NCBI GenBank assembly: GCA_038087875.1
Contig: JAXLNO010000259.1
Location: forward strand, 1-64,000
Length of the DNA stretch: 64,000 nucleotides
Reading direction: 5' to 3'
Source of the DNA: Malacoraja senta
Lineage: Eukaryota
Part shown: piece after piece, positions 1-11,329 of the stretch
Layout: every line of letters starts with the position of its first letter
Position numbering within the stretch: the stretch's first letter is position 1
Program-made: the position numbers and the translations under genes
Notes under the pieces: model-generated
What the model was told of the DNA's origin: nothing
The model's database searches: none
The model's input: only the letters and a program-made list of their open reading frames with translations

Positions 1-410
1 CACCTACTTTGCTCAAGAGACTGTACATCTACCCGATCAATTCCACTCATGATCTTATATGTGAGATCTGACGGCAGTTTATATTGGATATCGCGAATTT
101 ACCCTTGTGCACAGCACTTCGCGGGAGACAGCCTGGATTGGGAACCTGAAAGTTTGGTCCCCAATATCTATCCAAAGTGGTGCCTATTGGAGCATCTATA
201 AGACATGACATGTTGATGTATATTGCGTTATTGACCTTCGATGGCTTGTTTCAGAGGTTCGTCAGAAACTCAGAACCAAAAATCACTCAATGGTATACAG
301 ATTCGAAACTTATCTGTTAATATCAGCAGCCATTCTAACAATCCAAATCAGCGCCACTCAAGCATTGAATTGTATGTACCAACCTGAGACGAGAGCAGGT
401 TAAAATCAAA

Positions 411-746
411 AGTTTCGTTTAGTTTAATTTAGAGATATAGCGTGGAAACAGGCCCTTCCATCCACAGTGTCCGCGCAGACTAGCGATTCCCGCATAATTA
501 ACGAGGGACCACATTTTACATCCTACACCCACTAGGGACAATGCTTACTTTACCAAGCCAATTTACCGACAAACCTGTACCTCTTGGGAGTGTGGGAGTA
601 AACCGAAGATCTCGGACAAACCCCACGCATGTTACGGGGGAAACGTAGAAACTCCGTACAGACAGCACCCGTAGTCGTGGACGATACCGAGTCTACGGCG
701 CTGTACTCGCTTTAAGGTAGCATCGCTACCGCTGCGCCACCGTGAC
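411..746 (-). mobile_element. HE1-type V-SINE (tRNA-derived SINE)
   Basis: Reverse strand reads GTCACGGTGGCGCAGCGGTAG (tRNA-like A-box head), then a V-domain-like core (TGGGGTTTGTCCGAGATCTTCGGTTTACTCCCACACTCCCAAGAGG) and a CR1-like tail GGGCCTGTTTCCACGCTATATCTCTAAA with (CTAAA)-like repeats. Confidence 0.85.
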
Positions 747-1339
747 TGAAAAATATAGGTCTGAGACGGCTGGTGCCGATGGACATTAAATTAAACACAC
801 GCTCGTATACAGCGACATACCGCTACCGAATCCCCCTGCGATCATTTGAGTCAGCAACAGTATTCCAAAAACGAGTAAAAGAGCGTGGCTCATCTTTAGT
901 TCAATGTGAAGGTTCCGATGGAGAATATTGAAAATCATGTTAAATAATTTGCTGCATTTATACTGAGTATGACCGGTTTGGTGAGGAGGGACGTTTTAAT
1001 AGTTGAACCGAGAGGCGTCCATATGTCTGAACATTCCACATTGGCGCCGTTGCCGCCAAGAATTGACTCGCAGCCAACTGCTTTATCAATAAATGTATGC
1101 GTTTCGGCTTCAGCCTCGGATTGAAACGGCAAACAGCCGCCAACTTGTTAGAACACTCGCGTGTCAATTTTTCAGTTACGTCTTCTTCCCCGCGGCATTT
1201 CTCCAAGAAATTCGAGGGGACCGAGCATCTGGTAGAAGGGAGGAACAGAACGGGATTCACATTACTCATGAAAATGTGTTAGGTAAACTGTGGGACTGAA
1301 GACAGGGCCTGATGGTCTGCATTCCCGAGTACACAAGGA

Positions 1340-2037
1340 GGTCGCCCTAGAAATCGTGTATGCGTTGGTGATCATTTTCTAATGTTCTATGGGCGCTGGC
1401 TCAGCTCCTGTTGACAGGAGGGTGGTTAATGTAACCCCACTTTTCAAGAAAGGAGTCATAGGGAAAACGGGGTATAATAGACCAGTTAGCCTTACATCGG
1501 TTGTGGGGAAGATGATTGAGTCGATTATTAAAGATGTAGTTGCAGCGACTTTGGAAATCAATGACAGGATTGGTCAAAGTCAATATGGATTAATGAAGAG
1601 GACATCATGCTTTACTGATCTTCTGGGATTTTTTGGGGATGTAACAAGTAGAATGGATAAGTGAGGGCCAGTGAATGTGGTGTATCTGACTTTAAAAAAA
1701 CCTTTGACAAGGTCCCACACATGAGATTGGTGTGCAAAATTATAGCGCATGGTATATGGTATTAACATGGATAGAGAACTGGTTGGAAGGCAAGAGTAAG
1801 AATGTACGTGTCTTTTGGGGATTGGCAGGCGGTAAATTGTGGGGTGACGAAAGGTTCAATGCTATACAATATACAGTATATTCACGGTATAGTCACGAGA
1901 ATTAAATGTAACCCACTAGTTTGCGGATGACACAAAGCTGTGTGACAGTATGAGCTGCAAAACGTATGATATGACGCAGCAAGGGTGAATTGGATATGTT
2001 GGAAGAGTGGGCAGATGCATGGCAGATGCAGTATAAT
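1340..2037 (+). mobile_element. CR1 LINE ORF2 (RT) fragment, 5' part, split by DIRS-A
   Basis: ORF 1389-1664 NVTPLFKKG...YNRPVSLTSVVGKMIESIIKD; FADD codons at ~1920; sequence resumes at 7091 after the DIRS insertion. Confidence 0.9.
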
Positions 2038-2260
2038 GGTAAGATTAAACGAGAACTTACCAGTTTGAAGTTTGATCTTTATTTTATGAGGAGTAACGTT
2101 GAGGGATTATGTGAAGAAGACCCCGTCCAGCCGCACACGCGTCAATCTTTCAAAGCAGCGGAGTGACAATCACAGACGATAATTACTGAAGTATGATAGT
2201 AAGATGCATAAAGACTTAGATCTACCAGCTTGATCCTTTTATGAGGGTGGGAGCGGAGGG

Positions 2261-2373
2261 CACGTAATCCCTCAACGTTACTCCTCATAAAATAAAGATC
2301 AAACTTCGAACTGGTAAGTTCTCGTTTAATCTTACTATTTTACTTCGGAGTCCCGTGAGTGACTACGTGAAGA
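2261..2373 (-). repeat. DIRS-A internal complementary region (ICR)
   Basis: First ~79 nt are the reverse complement of 2035-2113 and the last ~37 nt the reverse complement of 7054-7090, overlapping at ATT; 4 mismatches counted by eye. Confidence 0.93.
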
Positions 2374-2559
2374 TTTCAAAGCTCTGTGATTTCACACCGT
2401 GGATTCAAATCTAGGTGTTCACTGCATCGATTGACTCTATTTGAGTAAGCACAATCAACAATGCATAACCACAACATTTGAATGTAATCAGTTAATGGTT
2501 TTATTTATTTAAATAAAAGTAACAAAATTAGGCCCATTTATTATAATGGGAGATTTAAT

Positions 2560-3500
2560 ACTGTATCCAGCACGGCATTACCAAACCCTCTGAGATCTTT
2601 AATCTCCTTATGGTAACACTTGTGAAACATCTGTTCACTTGCCCATCCTGCGGCCGCGAGAATAAGGTCTATTGCACGTCTGAATCCCTGGCCGCTGATG
2701 TTGATGCCGCCCTGAAGGAATGAGATTTAATTGTATCAGTATCAATACCTGAATATCTCAACACCTGTTTCAACCATCGTGAAATTGTTTGTGTTGACAC
2801 TTTCTTATGAGGCTTTCTATGACTAATAAAAAATGCCAATTCGGTGCCTCTTAAAACGTTTCTTTTTTCTATGTAACATTTCACATATGTTACCACACAC
2901 AGTCGTGGATCTGTAGGATATGCTAAAAATTCCAACTTGCATCCTGTGAACCCAGGTCTACTTTGCTTCAGTAAATCATAGACATAGAATGTCACGGCAT
3001 TTGGCCCTACTTTCATTCTATCAATTCTGAGTTTCTGTAATGTTTGAACTCTCTAAGATGAAACTAATGCCATGAGCATAACCAATTTCATGGTGATTTG
3101 GGATAATGACAGAGTTTCAACTGGATTCCAATTCCTTAGCAACATCAGTACATCTTTTACATTCCAAATTTCTGTATACCTAGGTCTGGGAGGATTAGAC
3201 TTGAAAATTCCTTTCATAAACCTACAGACCCAAGGATGTGCTCCTATTGTAGTTTGTTCTGATTCACTGCTTAAATATGCAGAGAGTGCACTTCGTGCAG
3301 TATTAATTGCACTATAACTTAATTTTAATTCATAGTATAGAGTAGAAAGGAACTCTATTACATCTGAAATTTCTGCTGGGTTATATGCAATATGTTTCCC
3401 TGAACAAAACTCCTCCCATTTCTTTATATAGGAGATGTACTGCTTCTGGGTACTATTCCTCCAGGCTGCTGTCATAACATCCACCGTACGGTCTGATAAT
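2560..3500 (-). pseudogene. DIRS-A tyrosine recombinase, disrupted
   Basis: ORFs 3053-3484 (AWRNSTQKQY...LSYSAINTARSALS) and 2669-3016 (TISRW...HSFRAASTS); in-frame stops; after a stop it continues ILAAAGWASEQMFHKCYHK. Confidence 0.92.
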
Positions 3501-3577
3501 CCTTTCCAAGATTTGGCCTTCTTAGAATCTGCAAATCAACAAACCAATACGATCATGTAAAGGATGTGATTCATCAG

Positions 3578-4000
3578 TCACAGTGTGTACAAGCAGTTTA
3601 ATCTGCTTTGGAATAACCATAAGTGTTTTTTTTGGGGGGGGGTTTTGGTGATTATTTTTAACACCAGTGGGCACCATAGCTGTTTAGGCCAATCTGGTAC
3701 TACCAAAATCCCTGAGGCTGAATCTTGTTTAATTTTCTGTATGCATCTGTGGATTAAACAAAATGGCGCAAACGCATACAGAAACATACCACCCCAATGT
3801 AGCGAGAAAGCATCCACCGCTACTGCTCCAGGATCAGGTTCCCATGACACATACTTAGGCAACTGGTGGTTCAATCTTGATGCAAACAGATCAATTTCTG
3901 GCATTCCAAATTGTGTGATAATTTGTGTGAATATTTTCCGATTTAACATCCATTCTGTATTATCATTAAATTTACGTGATCTTTTGTCTGCAATTGTATT
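3578..4000 (-). pseudogene. DIRS-A DNA N6-adenine methyltransferase-like domain
   Basis: IDLFASRLNHQL...DAFSLHW...YAFAPF...ILVVPDWPKQLW between RNase H and YR, where DIRS1-like elements carry the MT domain. Confidence 0.85.
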
Positions 4001-5350
4001 AATTTTTACCTGGTAAATATATTGCTGACAGACAGATTTTTCTGGCAATACCCCATGTCCAAATTTCATTTGCCAATTTATCACATGATTCTGATTTTAT
4101 ACCACCCATGTGATGTATGTATGCTACAGCTGTAGTATTGTCAATCTGTACCTGAACATGCACATTTCCCATATCAATGCAATAAGCTCTAAGGCCGTAA
4201 AATGCGCCTAATAGCTCTAGGTAATTGATTCCCAGATTTTCCAGCAAAGGTACTTAATTCACATTCCACCTACATCCACAGCTGGAAATCATGTTAGTAG
4301 CGCCCCCAACTCAGCGTACTTACATCAGTCTGTAGAGTGACGGAAGGTGTTTCTACCAGAACCTTTCTGGAAGCATTAGAAACACTGTTAATCCACCATT
4401 CTATTTCTGTAATGGATTGAATTGTTAATGTCATGGGCCTGACAAAATGCCCTCTATTCATTTTTAACGCTTGTACCTTAGCTCTCTGTAAACATTGATA
4501 ATGCAATGGTCCAAACGTGACCGCTGGAAACCCTGCAATTAATTTGCCAAGCAAGCTTGCCACTTCTCTAATTGAAGGTGTGTCCTCGTTAATGAGTTTT
4601 ATGCAACCTTCAATTAACTGCAGCTTTTTATCTTTTGGCAAAGTGATTACCATGTGTTCGGAGTTAATTGTGACCCCCTAGGTAATCAATTTTTTTGCTT
4701 GGTAACAATTTAGATTTTTTGTAGGTGAAATAATGAAACCTAATTTCTCAAAATGTATTTGACTCTGGATACTGACAATTTAGCAGCAGCCAAAGTGTCC
4801 CCTACAATGAGGATATCATCTAAATAAGCCATTAATACATGGCCCTCAGCTCTTAACAGAGCTAACATTGGTTTGAGCAATTTAGTGAATAATCTTGGTG
4901 CTGAAGTCAGACCATTGGGCAATGCTTTAAATTGCCACAACTGACTCATCCATCTAAATTTCAAATATCTTTGATCATTACCATGCATTGCCACCGAATA
5001 ATATGCATCTTGCAGATCTATGCTTGCCATGTAGCAATTTTCTGTGATTAGCTGAATTGCATTAGTAAATGTTTCCATTTTGAAATGTTTGTATTGTACA
5101 TAAAGGTTAAGATTTGTCAGATCCAATATGGTTCTACATCCACCATCCTTTTTGTTCTTGGAAAAATATTTGATACAAACTGATGGTGTTGTTCTACTGA
5201 CTTTTCTATTACCCCTTTTTGGTTAAAGTTTCTAATTCTCCTTTGATCAACATTCTCTTCTTTTTGAGAAAATTCGTGACCAGTTTGAATTTTCTTGCCT
5301 TGGAGGATCCAAATGTGGATAGAACTCAATTTTGAATCCTACAATGCTGT
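3999..5350 (-). pseudogene. DIRS-A pol (RT + RNase H), frameshifted
   Basis: ORFs 5117-5329, 4740-5126 (HFKMET, IDLQDAYY, LPNGL, AYLDD), 4294-4653 (LQTDVS), 3999-4247. Confidence 0.92.
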
Positions 5351-5399
5351 TAAGAATAAATAAGTCATTTGTCTTCCTTACCAGACCAGGACCCCCTAC

Positions 5400-6852
5400 C
5401 TCGGGGTTCGCCAGCGTCCATTGTTGTCTCCTTCTGGTAGGTATCTTGTAACCTCCACGTATCCCCGGTGCAGCACGCCAACGTGTATACGAGAATGATC
5501 GACTTGTTTATTCTCCAGCACCAGCATTCCGCCTGTAGGGATAGTGCCTTCGCATTGCTCTGCTCAGCATTGGTGGTCGCATCATCATACCACTAATTTT
5601 ATTTTTTTAACTCTCCAAACAGCAGATTTAGGCATTTGTATGTTGGTTGGTTTGCAGAGCCCTGCATACTTAGGATGACTATTTGGTCTTATTGCATTTT
5701 TACGAATACAATTTATTTCAAAGTGCGCACCACACATCAGTGCTAAAGCATCTTGTTGTGAATCTAATACAAAATCATCATCCAATCCTCTGGCAAATGC
5801 CGTGATGCCTGACCCCAGCAATTTCAATACATGTTGCAATTTCAATTATTGTGAGCGTAAACCAATGCTCAAATAACCCCATATCAAGTTATTCACTGCT
5901 GGAACTGGCAGCAATTCACAATTCTCCGAGGCTCATACTGTTTCATAGTCTCATCCATAGTTACTTCCTGGAGCTGATGGGAGTGTAGATAATTTATAGT
6001 CATTGCTATTTCATCCCTCAAAGGTTCCCCTTTTATTCTAGGAACAGCAAACGTTTGTGCTAGTCCAGGAACTTTCAGCTCTGATAATGGGCTCGCATCC
6101 TCATAGAATTCATCTTCTGAATCTCGATGTTCCTCTTCAGGTTGGGTAAATTCTGACTCCCCTGTTTCAGGTAAGTCTATGCCAGATTCCCCTTGCGCGG
6201 GCTCTCTTATAGGCCCACGGATAGGCAGCCATGTTTCAGGTGCTGCTGGCGCTGGCTCAACTCTAGGCCAACGATTCATATTTTTCCGTTTTAGGAACTT
6301 TCGGTGCTGGCACATTAGTACGTTTGTACTGTCTTTTTTGAGACATTTCTGGTACTGGCTGTTCAGTAGGCCAGCACTTATACTGCCTTTTTTCAGGCAT
6401 TTCTGGCACTGGCTCTCCTGTAGGCCAACCACTGTAATAACTTTGCACAGTCATTTCTGATGGCTCTCCTGTAGGCCACCCTTGTGCCTGTCCCAACCAA
6501 GGCACACCCTGTGCTGTATCCTCCATTGGCCAACACCGACCTGATTCCTCCTGTGGGGTTCTTTGTAAATCATTCCCCATCAGGAGGTATAAACTGGCGA
6601 CCCTTGCAGCCATAACGTTTTCTGCTGCAGGAGGGTATACCTCCGGGTCTGACTCATCGAGTCTACAGGTCGGGCCGACTTTTGTCCTGCCTTGCGCCCA
6701 GCCGCCAGCGGTTTAACGACACATTCGACCGTAACGGGAGTTGATGGCTTCGATGCCACTGCCTCCTCTTCCTGACGCCCGCTACCCTTAGCATCGGGGG
6801 GTTTACCTGCGGTGCGTCCCTGGCCTCTCCTTCCCCTACGCCCTTTCTCCAT
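5400..6852 (-). pseudogene. DIRS-A gag-like ORF1, disrupted
   Basis: Basic N-terminus (MEKGRRGRRGQG), internal WPTGEP repeats, and an LQHVLKLLGSGITAF segment homologous to DIRS-B/C. Confidence 0.75.
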
Positions 6853-7090
6853 TCTGAGTTTGTGTGGATCTCTGCCAACACGTCTGAGCGGGAAGAAAAG
6901 CGCCCTGTAAGTAAAAACGAAACCACTTACCTTGTCCGATTTTTACTTTAAATTTGCTTTACTCACCGCCTGGAGGAGCTGCTGCTCCTCCACACACGGT
7001 CATGAACGCTATGCGTTTGATCGATAATGACGCGTGTGCGGCTGGACGGGTCTTCTTCACGTAGTCACTCACGTGACTCCGAAGTAAAAT

Positions 7091-7490
7091 GTGGCTAAAT
7101 GTGAGGTTATTCACTTTGGTGGAAAGAATACGAGTGTAGATTATTATCTGAATTGTTTCAGATTAGGAAAAGGGGTGGTACAACGAGACTGGTATGCTTG
7201 TACATCAGTCACTGAAAGTAGGCATGCAGGTAGAGCAGGCAGTGAAGAAAGCTAATGGTATGTTGACCATCCTTGCGAGAGAATTTGAGTTTCGGAGCAA
7301 GGAGGTACTAATGCAGTTGTACATGGCCCTGGTGAGACCAACCCTGGAGTATTGTGTGCAATTTTGGTCTCCTAATTTGAACACGGGTATTCTTGCTATT
7401 GAGGGAGAGCAGCGTTAATTCCCGATATTGCGTGACTAACAAATGATAAAAGAATGGTTGGACTGGGCTTCTATTCACTGGATTTTAGAG
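7091..7490 (+). mobile_element. CR1 LINE ORF2 fragment, 3' continuation after DIRS-A
   Basis: ORF 7194-7418 QAVKKANGML...LYMALVRPTLEYCVQFWSP. Confidence 0.9.
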
Positions 7491-7559
7491 GTCACTGCTT
7501 AAAGGCTTCAATCTGAGAAATAACACTCCAATATTGTCCTTTTATGTTTCACCACCATC

Positions 7560-7850
7560 CCATGATTTAATCAAATGGCTCGCACAGCACGATCCCAAAT
7601 TACCTAAACATTTCCCCTCGCCACCTTGCGAAATGTTGTCTCGGGCTTCGTCAAAGTGCATGTAGACAATTTCAACCGCTCAGTCTTCGTTAATTCCCTT
7701 GATCATCTGTTCAAAACATTCAATCAAATATGTGTCACGATTTTCCACGCGAACTGCAGATTAACTGCAGATAGATCCCGTCTCTAAGTATTTCTTCTCG
7801 TGACTGATCCTCCATTGATATTAGGTTCACGGGCTGCAGTTTCCTGGTAA
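7560..7850 (-). mobile_element. Highly decayed CR1 RT fragment
   Basis: Reverse-strand remnants PVNLISM...EILRDGIY...RGKS...VEIVYMHFDEA, resembling the CR1 motifs PVSLTS...GKSC...VDVVYMDFSKA. Confidence 0.6.
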
Positions 7851-8195
7851 AGATATTTGAAGCCTGTCGTACGTACACATTAATAGCCACTGTCCAGTTT
7901 TCTGTGAGATCCTTTTGGAGATCATGAACGTAGGATAAACTGCCGGAATGATGGTTATTTTTGTCGCAAAGGATTAGAAATTGCATCGTGCTCTGATTAA
8001 CTGCAGCGCACGGACTTCCGGTGGCACCATGAAGTGGAGAAGGTGCAGCATTGAACTCATCTCCTGCCAAAATCGTGTAAAAAGCCGTTTTTTAAGTCGG
8101 GCCCTATTTAAAAACACCCACCGGGGCTGCTTGCGTCGTGGGAGTGACGTCATCAGACAGTGTCGAGAAAATCTGAGTTTTAACGGGACCTTTAG

Positions 8196-9300
8196 ATGAA
8201 TAAAGGAAAACACCAATGGGGACCCAAGAAATCGACTATCAGACTCCAGCTGGAGGAAGATTTGGCAGCTCTTCAAACAACAACTGAAAGCTCAGACGAA
8301 GAATCTGATTCTCAACAAGCAGTATCTGAAATGGCTACAAAAGGAGAGACAAAAGGGAAAGAAAAGGAGAAAGAGGGAAGCAGTGGGAACAAACGGTAAG
8401 AGCTAATCTTACTAAAGATCTTACCATAGATCTCACTAAGGACTTCTCCAAAATGCTTACCAGCATGAATAATACACTGAAGAATAATCTCTCTAAAATG
8501 GAGGTTCACCTGTCTAAGAAAATAAATACTGGGCGCGATGAATCAAATGAACAGTTTGACTCTTTGAAGCAGCAGCTTATGGACCTGGATCAGAGGACAA
8601 CACAGGAATTTGCGAGAATGGAATATGATCATAATAAGAAAATTGATGAACTGACTGAAGGAGTCGATAAGTCGATAGAAGATATGAAGGTTGTAATGCG
8701 TGAGATGTCTCAGGAAATATCGACCCTGAAAGAAGATCAGGGGGCTAATCGGGAGCAATTGAATAAATTGACTGATTAATGTCAAGATTTGGAAGCTAGA
8801 TCAAGGAGACACAACTTGAAGTTTGTAGGAGTAAAGGAGGGACAAGAGCTTGGAATTCTAATGACCGAACTTGTCACTAAAATACTCAAAGATGTCTTTA
8901 AGTTGAAGGAAAACCCGAGGATTGATGTTGCACGTCGGGTAGGTCGCTTCAGAAGAGAAACAAATGCTCCCCAAGACAGATTATTGTGAAATATTTGGAC
9001 ATTTCTACCATGGAAAAACTTATGAAGATGATACCAGGTGGGGAGAGGATCACATTCGATGGAGAGACTGTCAGATTCTACAGGGACTATCCACACGAAA
9101 TACTGCAGAAAAGGAGTCAGTTTAAAAGAGCAAGCAGCATTCTGCAAGGAAAATCTGATGTGAAATACGGGTGGTGTACCCTGCGAAGATGAAGATTACT
9201 TACAAATCTATTCAACGCGCTTTGACGGATCCGGAAGCTGCATTTAATTACGCACAATAAATTGTAAAGAAAATAGAAAAAAGAGAAGTGAAGGTTGATG
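8196..9300 (+). pseudogene. L1-a ORF1p (coiled coil + RRM/CTD), frameshifted
   Basis: Coiled-coil-like fragments, then LEARSRRHNLKFVGVKEG, IDVARRVG, VRFYRDYP. Confidence 0.88.
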
Positions 9301-11024
9301 ATTAAACTTTTTAATGGAAAACTGTGCTGTAATTAAGATGGTGGAACTGCTCTAGACATTAACCAGGCATGCTTATCTGTCAGGAATGTGTATTCAACGA
9401 CAAAGCCCTGGTTTCAACCTTGAACGGATAAGGGGAAGAGAAATAATTGAAAGGTGGACATTTTGAAGTAACGCGATCAGATTTGAAAGAAAATCAAAGG
9501 AAATTATGGACTTAAGAAATGTTTTAATTAATACTGTATATATGTAATGTAAAGAAATAACTAACTATATAAACCTAATATTACTAATGTATGGTTATGC
9601 TATTATATTAATATTATACTAATATGATTAACCAATGTATTCATCTAATGGATTTTGGGGGATAAGGGGCGTATAGAGATGATTATTATTAACAGATATA
9701 TAATGTTAATAAGGCTCAAAAGAAATTAAATATAAATTAGGATGTACACTAATACACTACAATTAATGAAAAGGGGTATAAGAATATTATAAAATCATAA
9801 ACCTGTGGGAAGAAAGAGGCGTTAATGATTTGGAAAAGTTCCCGAGGTTTGGGTTGGAAGACGGTTGTATTTAAGATAAGAAATTTAACCCTCGAAACAG
9901 GCTGGTAATTAAGGGACAGATGAATATATTCCGATACAGGGACAAGGCATGTGTTTTTATGTTTTACAATTCCACGACTGTGATACCGAGCAAGTAACAT
10001 AGAAGGTTTAAAATTGGGGTAAATAAGAGAATATTTCAAATAGTAAAGATGATGATGATAACTTTCAGTTGTTGAAACTTTTTTTCTGTTTTATTCGGCC
10101 TGACCAGATACATTTTTGCTAATCAAATAGTTTTTATTTATTTTTAGATATATTAAGATATATTAAGATATATTTAGATGAAACGGCATGTAGTCATAAA
10201 TGACATTGTATTTAGGGGGCTGAACACAATGTATAATTCCATCTACGGAGGTCAATCAAATTTTAGGCCATCATAGATGGCTTCTTGTATTTAGGGTATC
10301 GCTTTTTAAATACCTTAAACTCACCTTTTTTGTATTTACTTTTATGTGTTTAATTTAACAATTTCTCTTTCTTTCTTCACTATTTCTCAACACACTATTC
10401 TATTTTTCTTATGGAGGTCCAATATACGGAGGAGAGGTAAAATGACGCAGAAGTATGGGATGATATCCACACACTCAAAAGCCTGAGGTACTTAACTACA
10501 CCACATGAAGCAAATCACTAAAACCTATTAACAATGCAGGATAATAAGGAAACAAAGAATGGAGGATTCACATTCTGTAGTTGGAATTTTAGGGGTGCGA
10601 ATGATCCAATTAAAAGGAGCAAGATTATGGCCCGGTTAAAATCTTTAAATGTGGACATAGCTTTTCTGCAAGAAACGCATACGAAATTACAAACACAGAT
10701 GAGACTAATGGCAAACTGGATAGGCCAAACTTATCAATCGTCATTTACTGCTAAAGCTAAAGGAACGGCTATTATTATTCGGAAAGGTATACAATAGTAA
10801 GATTAAACGAGAACTTACCTAAGTTTGAAGTTTGATCTTTATTTTATGAGGAGTTACGTAGGTGATTACGTGAAGAAGCCCGTCAGTGCGCCTGCGCGTC
10901 AATCTTCAAAGCAGCGGTGTGAAATCACAAAAAACAAGAACCGAAGTAATATAGTCTCATACTAAAACGAGTAATACAAGAACTTCCATCTGACCTTTAT
11001 GATAGAGGGTAGGGTCGTGGCGGG

Positions 11025-11138
11025 CACGTAATCACCTACGTAACTCCTCATAAAATAAAGATCAAACTTCAAACTTAGGTAAGTTCTCGTTTAATCTTAC
11101 TATTTTACTTCGGAGTCACGTGAGTGACTACGTGAAGA
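11025..11138 (-). repeat. DIRS-B ICR
   Basis: Exact reverse complement of 10793-10872 (80 nt) and of 15006-15042 (37 nt), overlapping at ATT. Confidence 0.95.
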
Positions 11139-11329
11139 TTTTAAAGCTTTGTGATTTCATGCCGTGGATCAATCCCGGCTTCTCACTGCATAGATTGACT
11201 CGGAACGAGAATAATCAATCATGCATTCATGATAACATTTGTACCACAAATGCAGTAATTCATTTCAAGAATGAAATGAATCAGATCCCCTTTAAACCAG
11301 AGGAATTTACACAGAACTTAAAATAGTTT

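Larger units (their letters stand above)
2035..7090 (-). mobile_element. DIRS1-like tyrosine-recombinase retrotransposon (DIRS-A), both ends present, ORFs disrupted
   Basis: Minus-strand order gag-like / RT (LPNGL, AYLDD) / RNase H (INYLELL, DNTTAVAYI) / methyltransferase-like / YR. Inverted terminal repeats at 2111-2144 and 7028-7061, ICR at 2261-2373, AAT at both junctions. Confidence 0.95.

Noticed and set aside
790..885. LNTRSYTATYRYRIPLRSFESATVFQKR, faintly like the Gypsy RT motif (FNTPFGRYRF.R.PFG..SA.EVFQ)
   Set aside because: Too short, needs indels, and no flanking RT motifs are visible.
1042..1055. TGGCGCCGTTGCCG, PBS-like
   Set aside because: Resembles a plant tRNA-Asp PBS; no LTR or gag nearby, so probably chance.
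3578..4000. Bacterial/phage Dam methylase or integrase acquired by horizontal transfer
   Set aside because: MT-like and YR domains are standard parts of DIRS1-like elements and lie within the ITRs.
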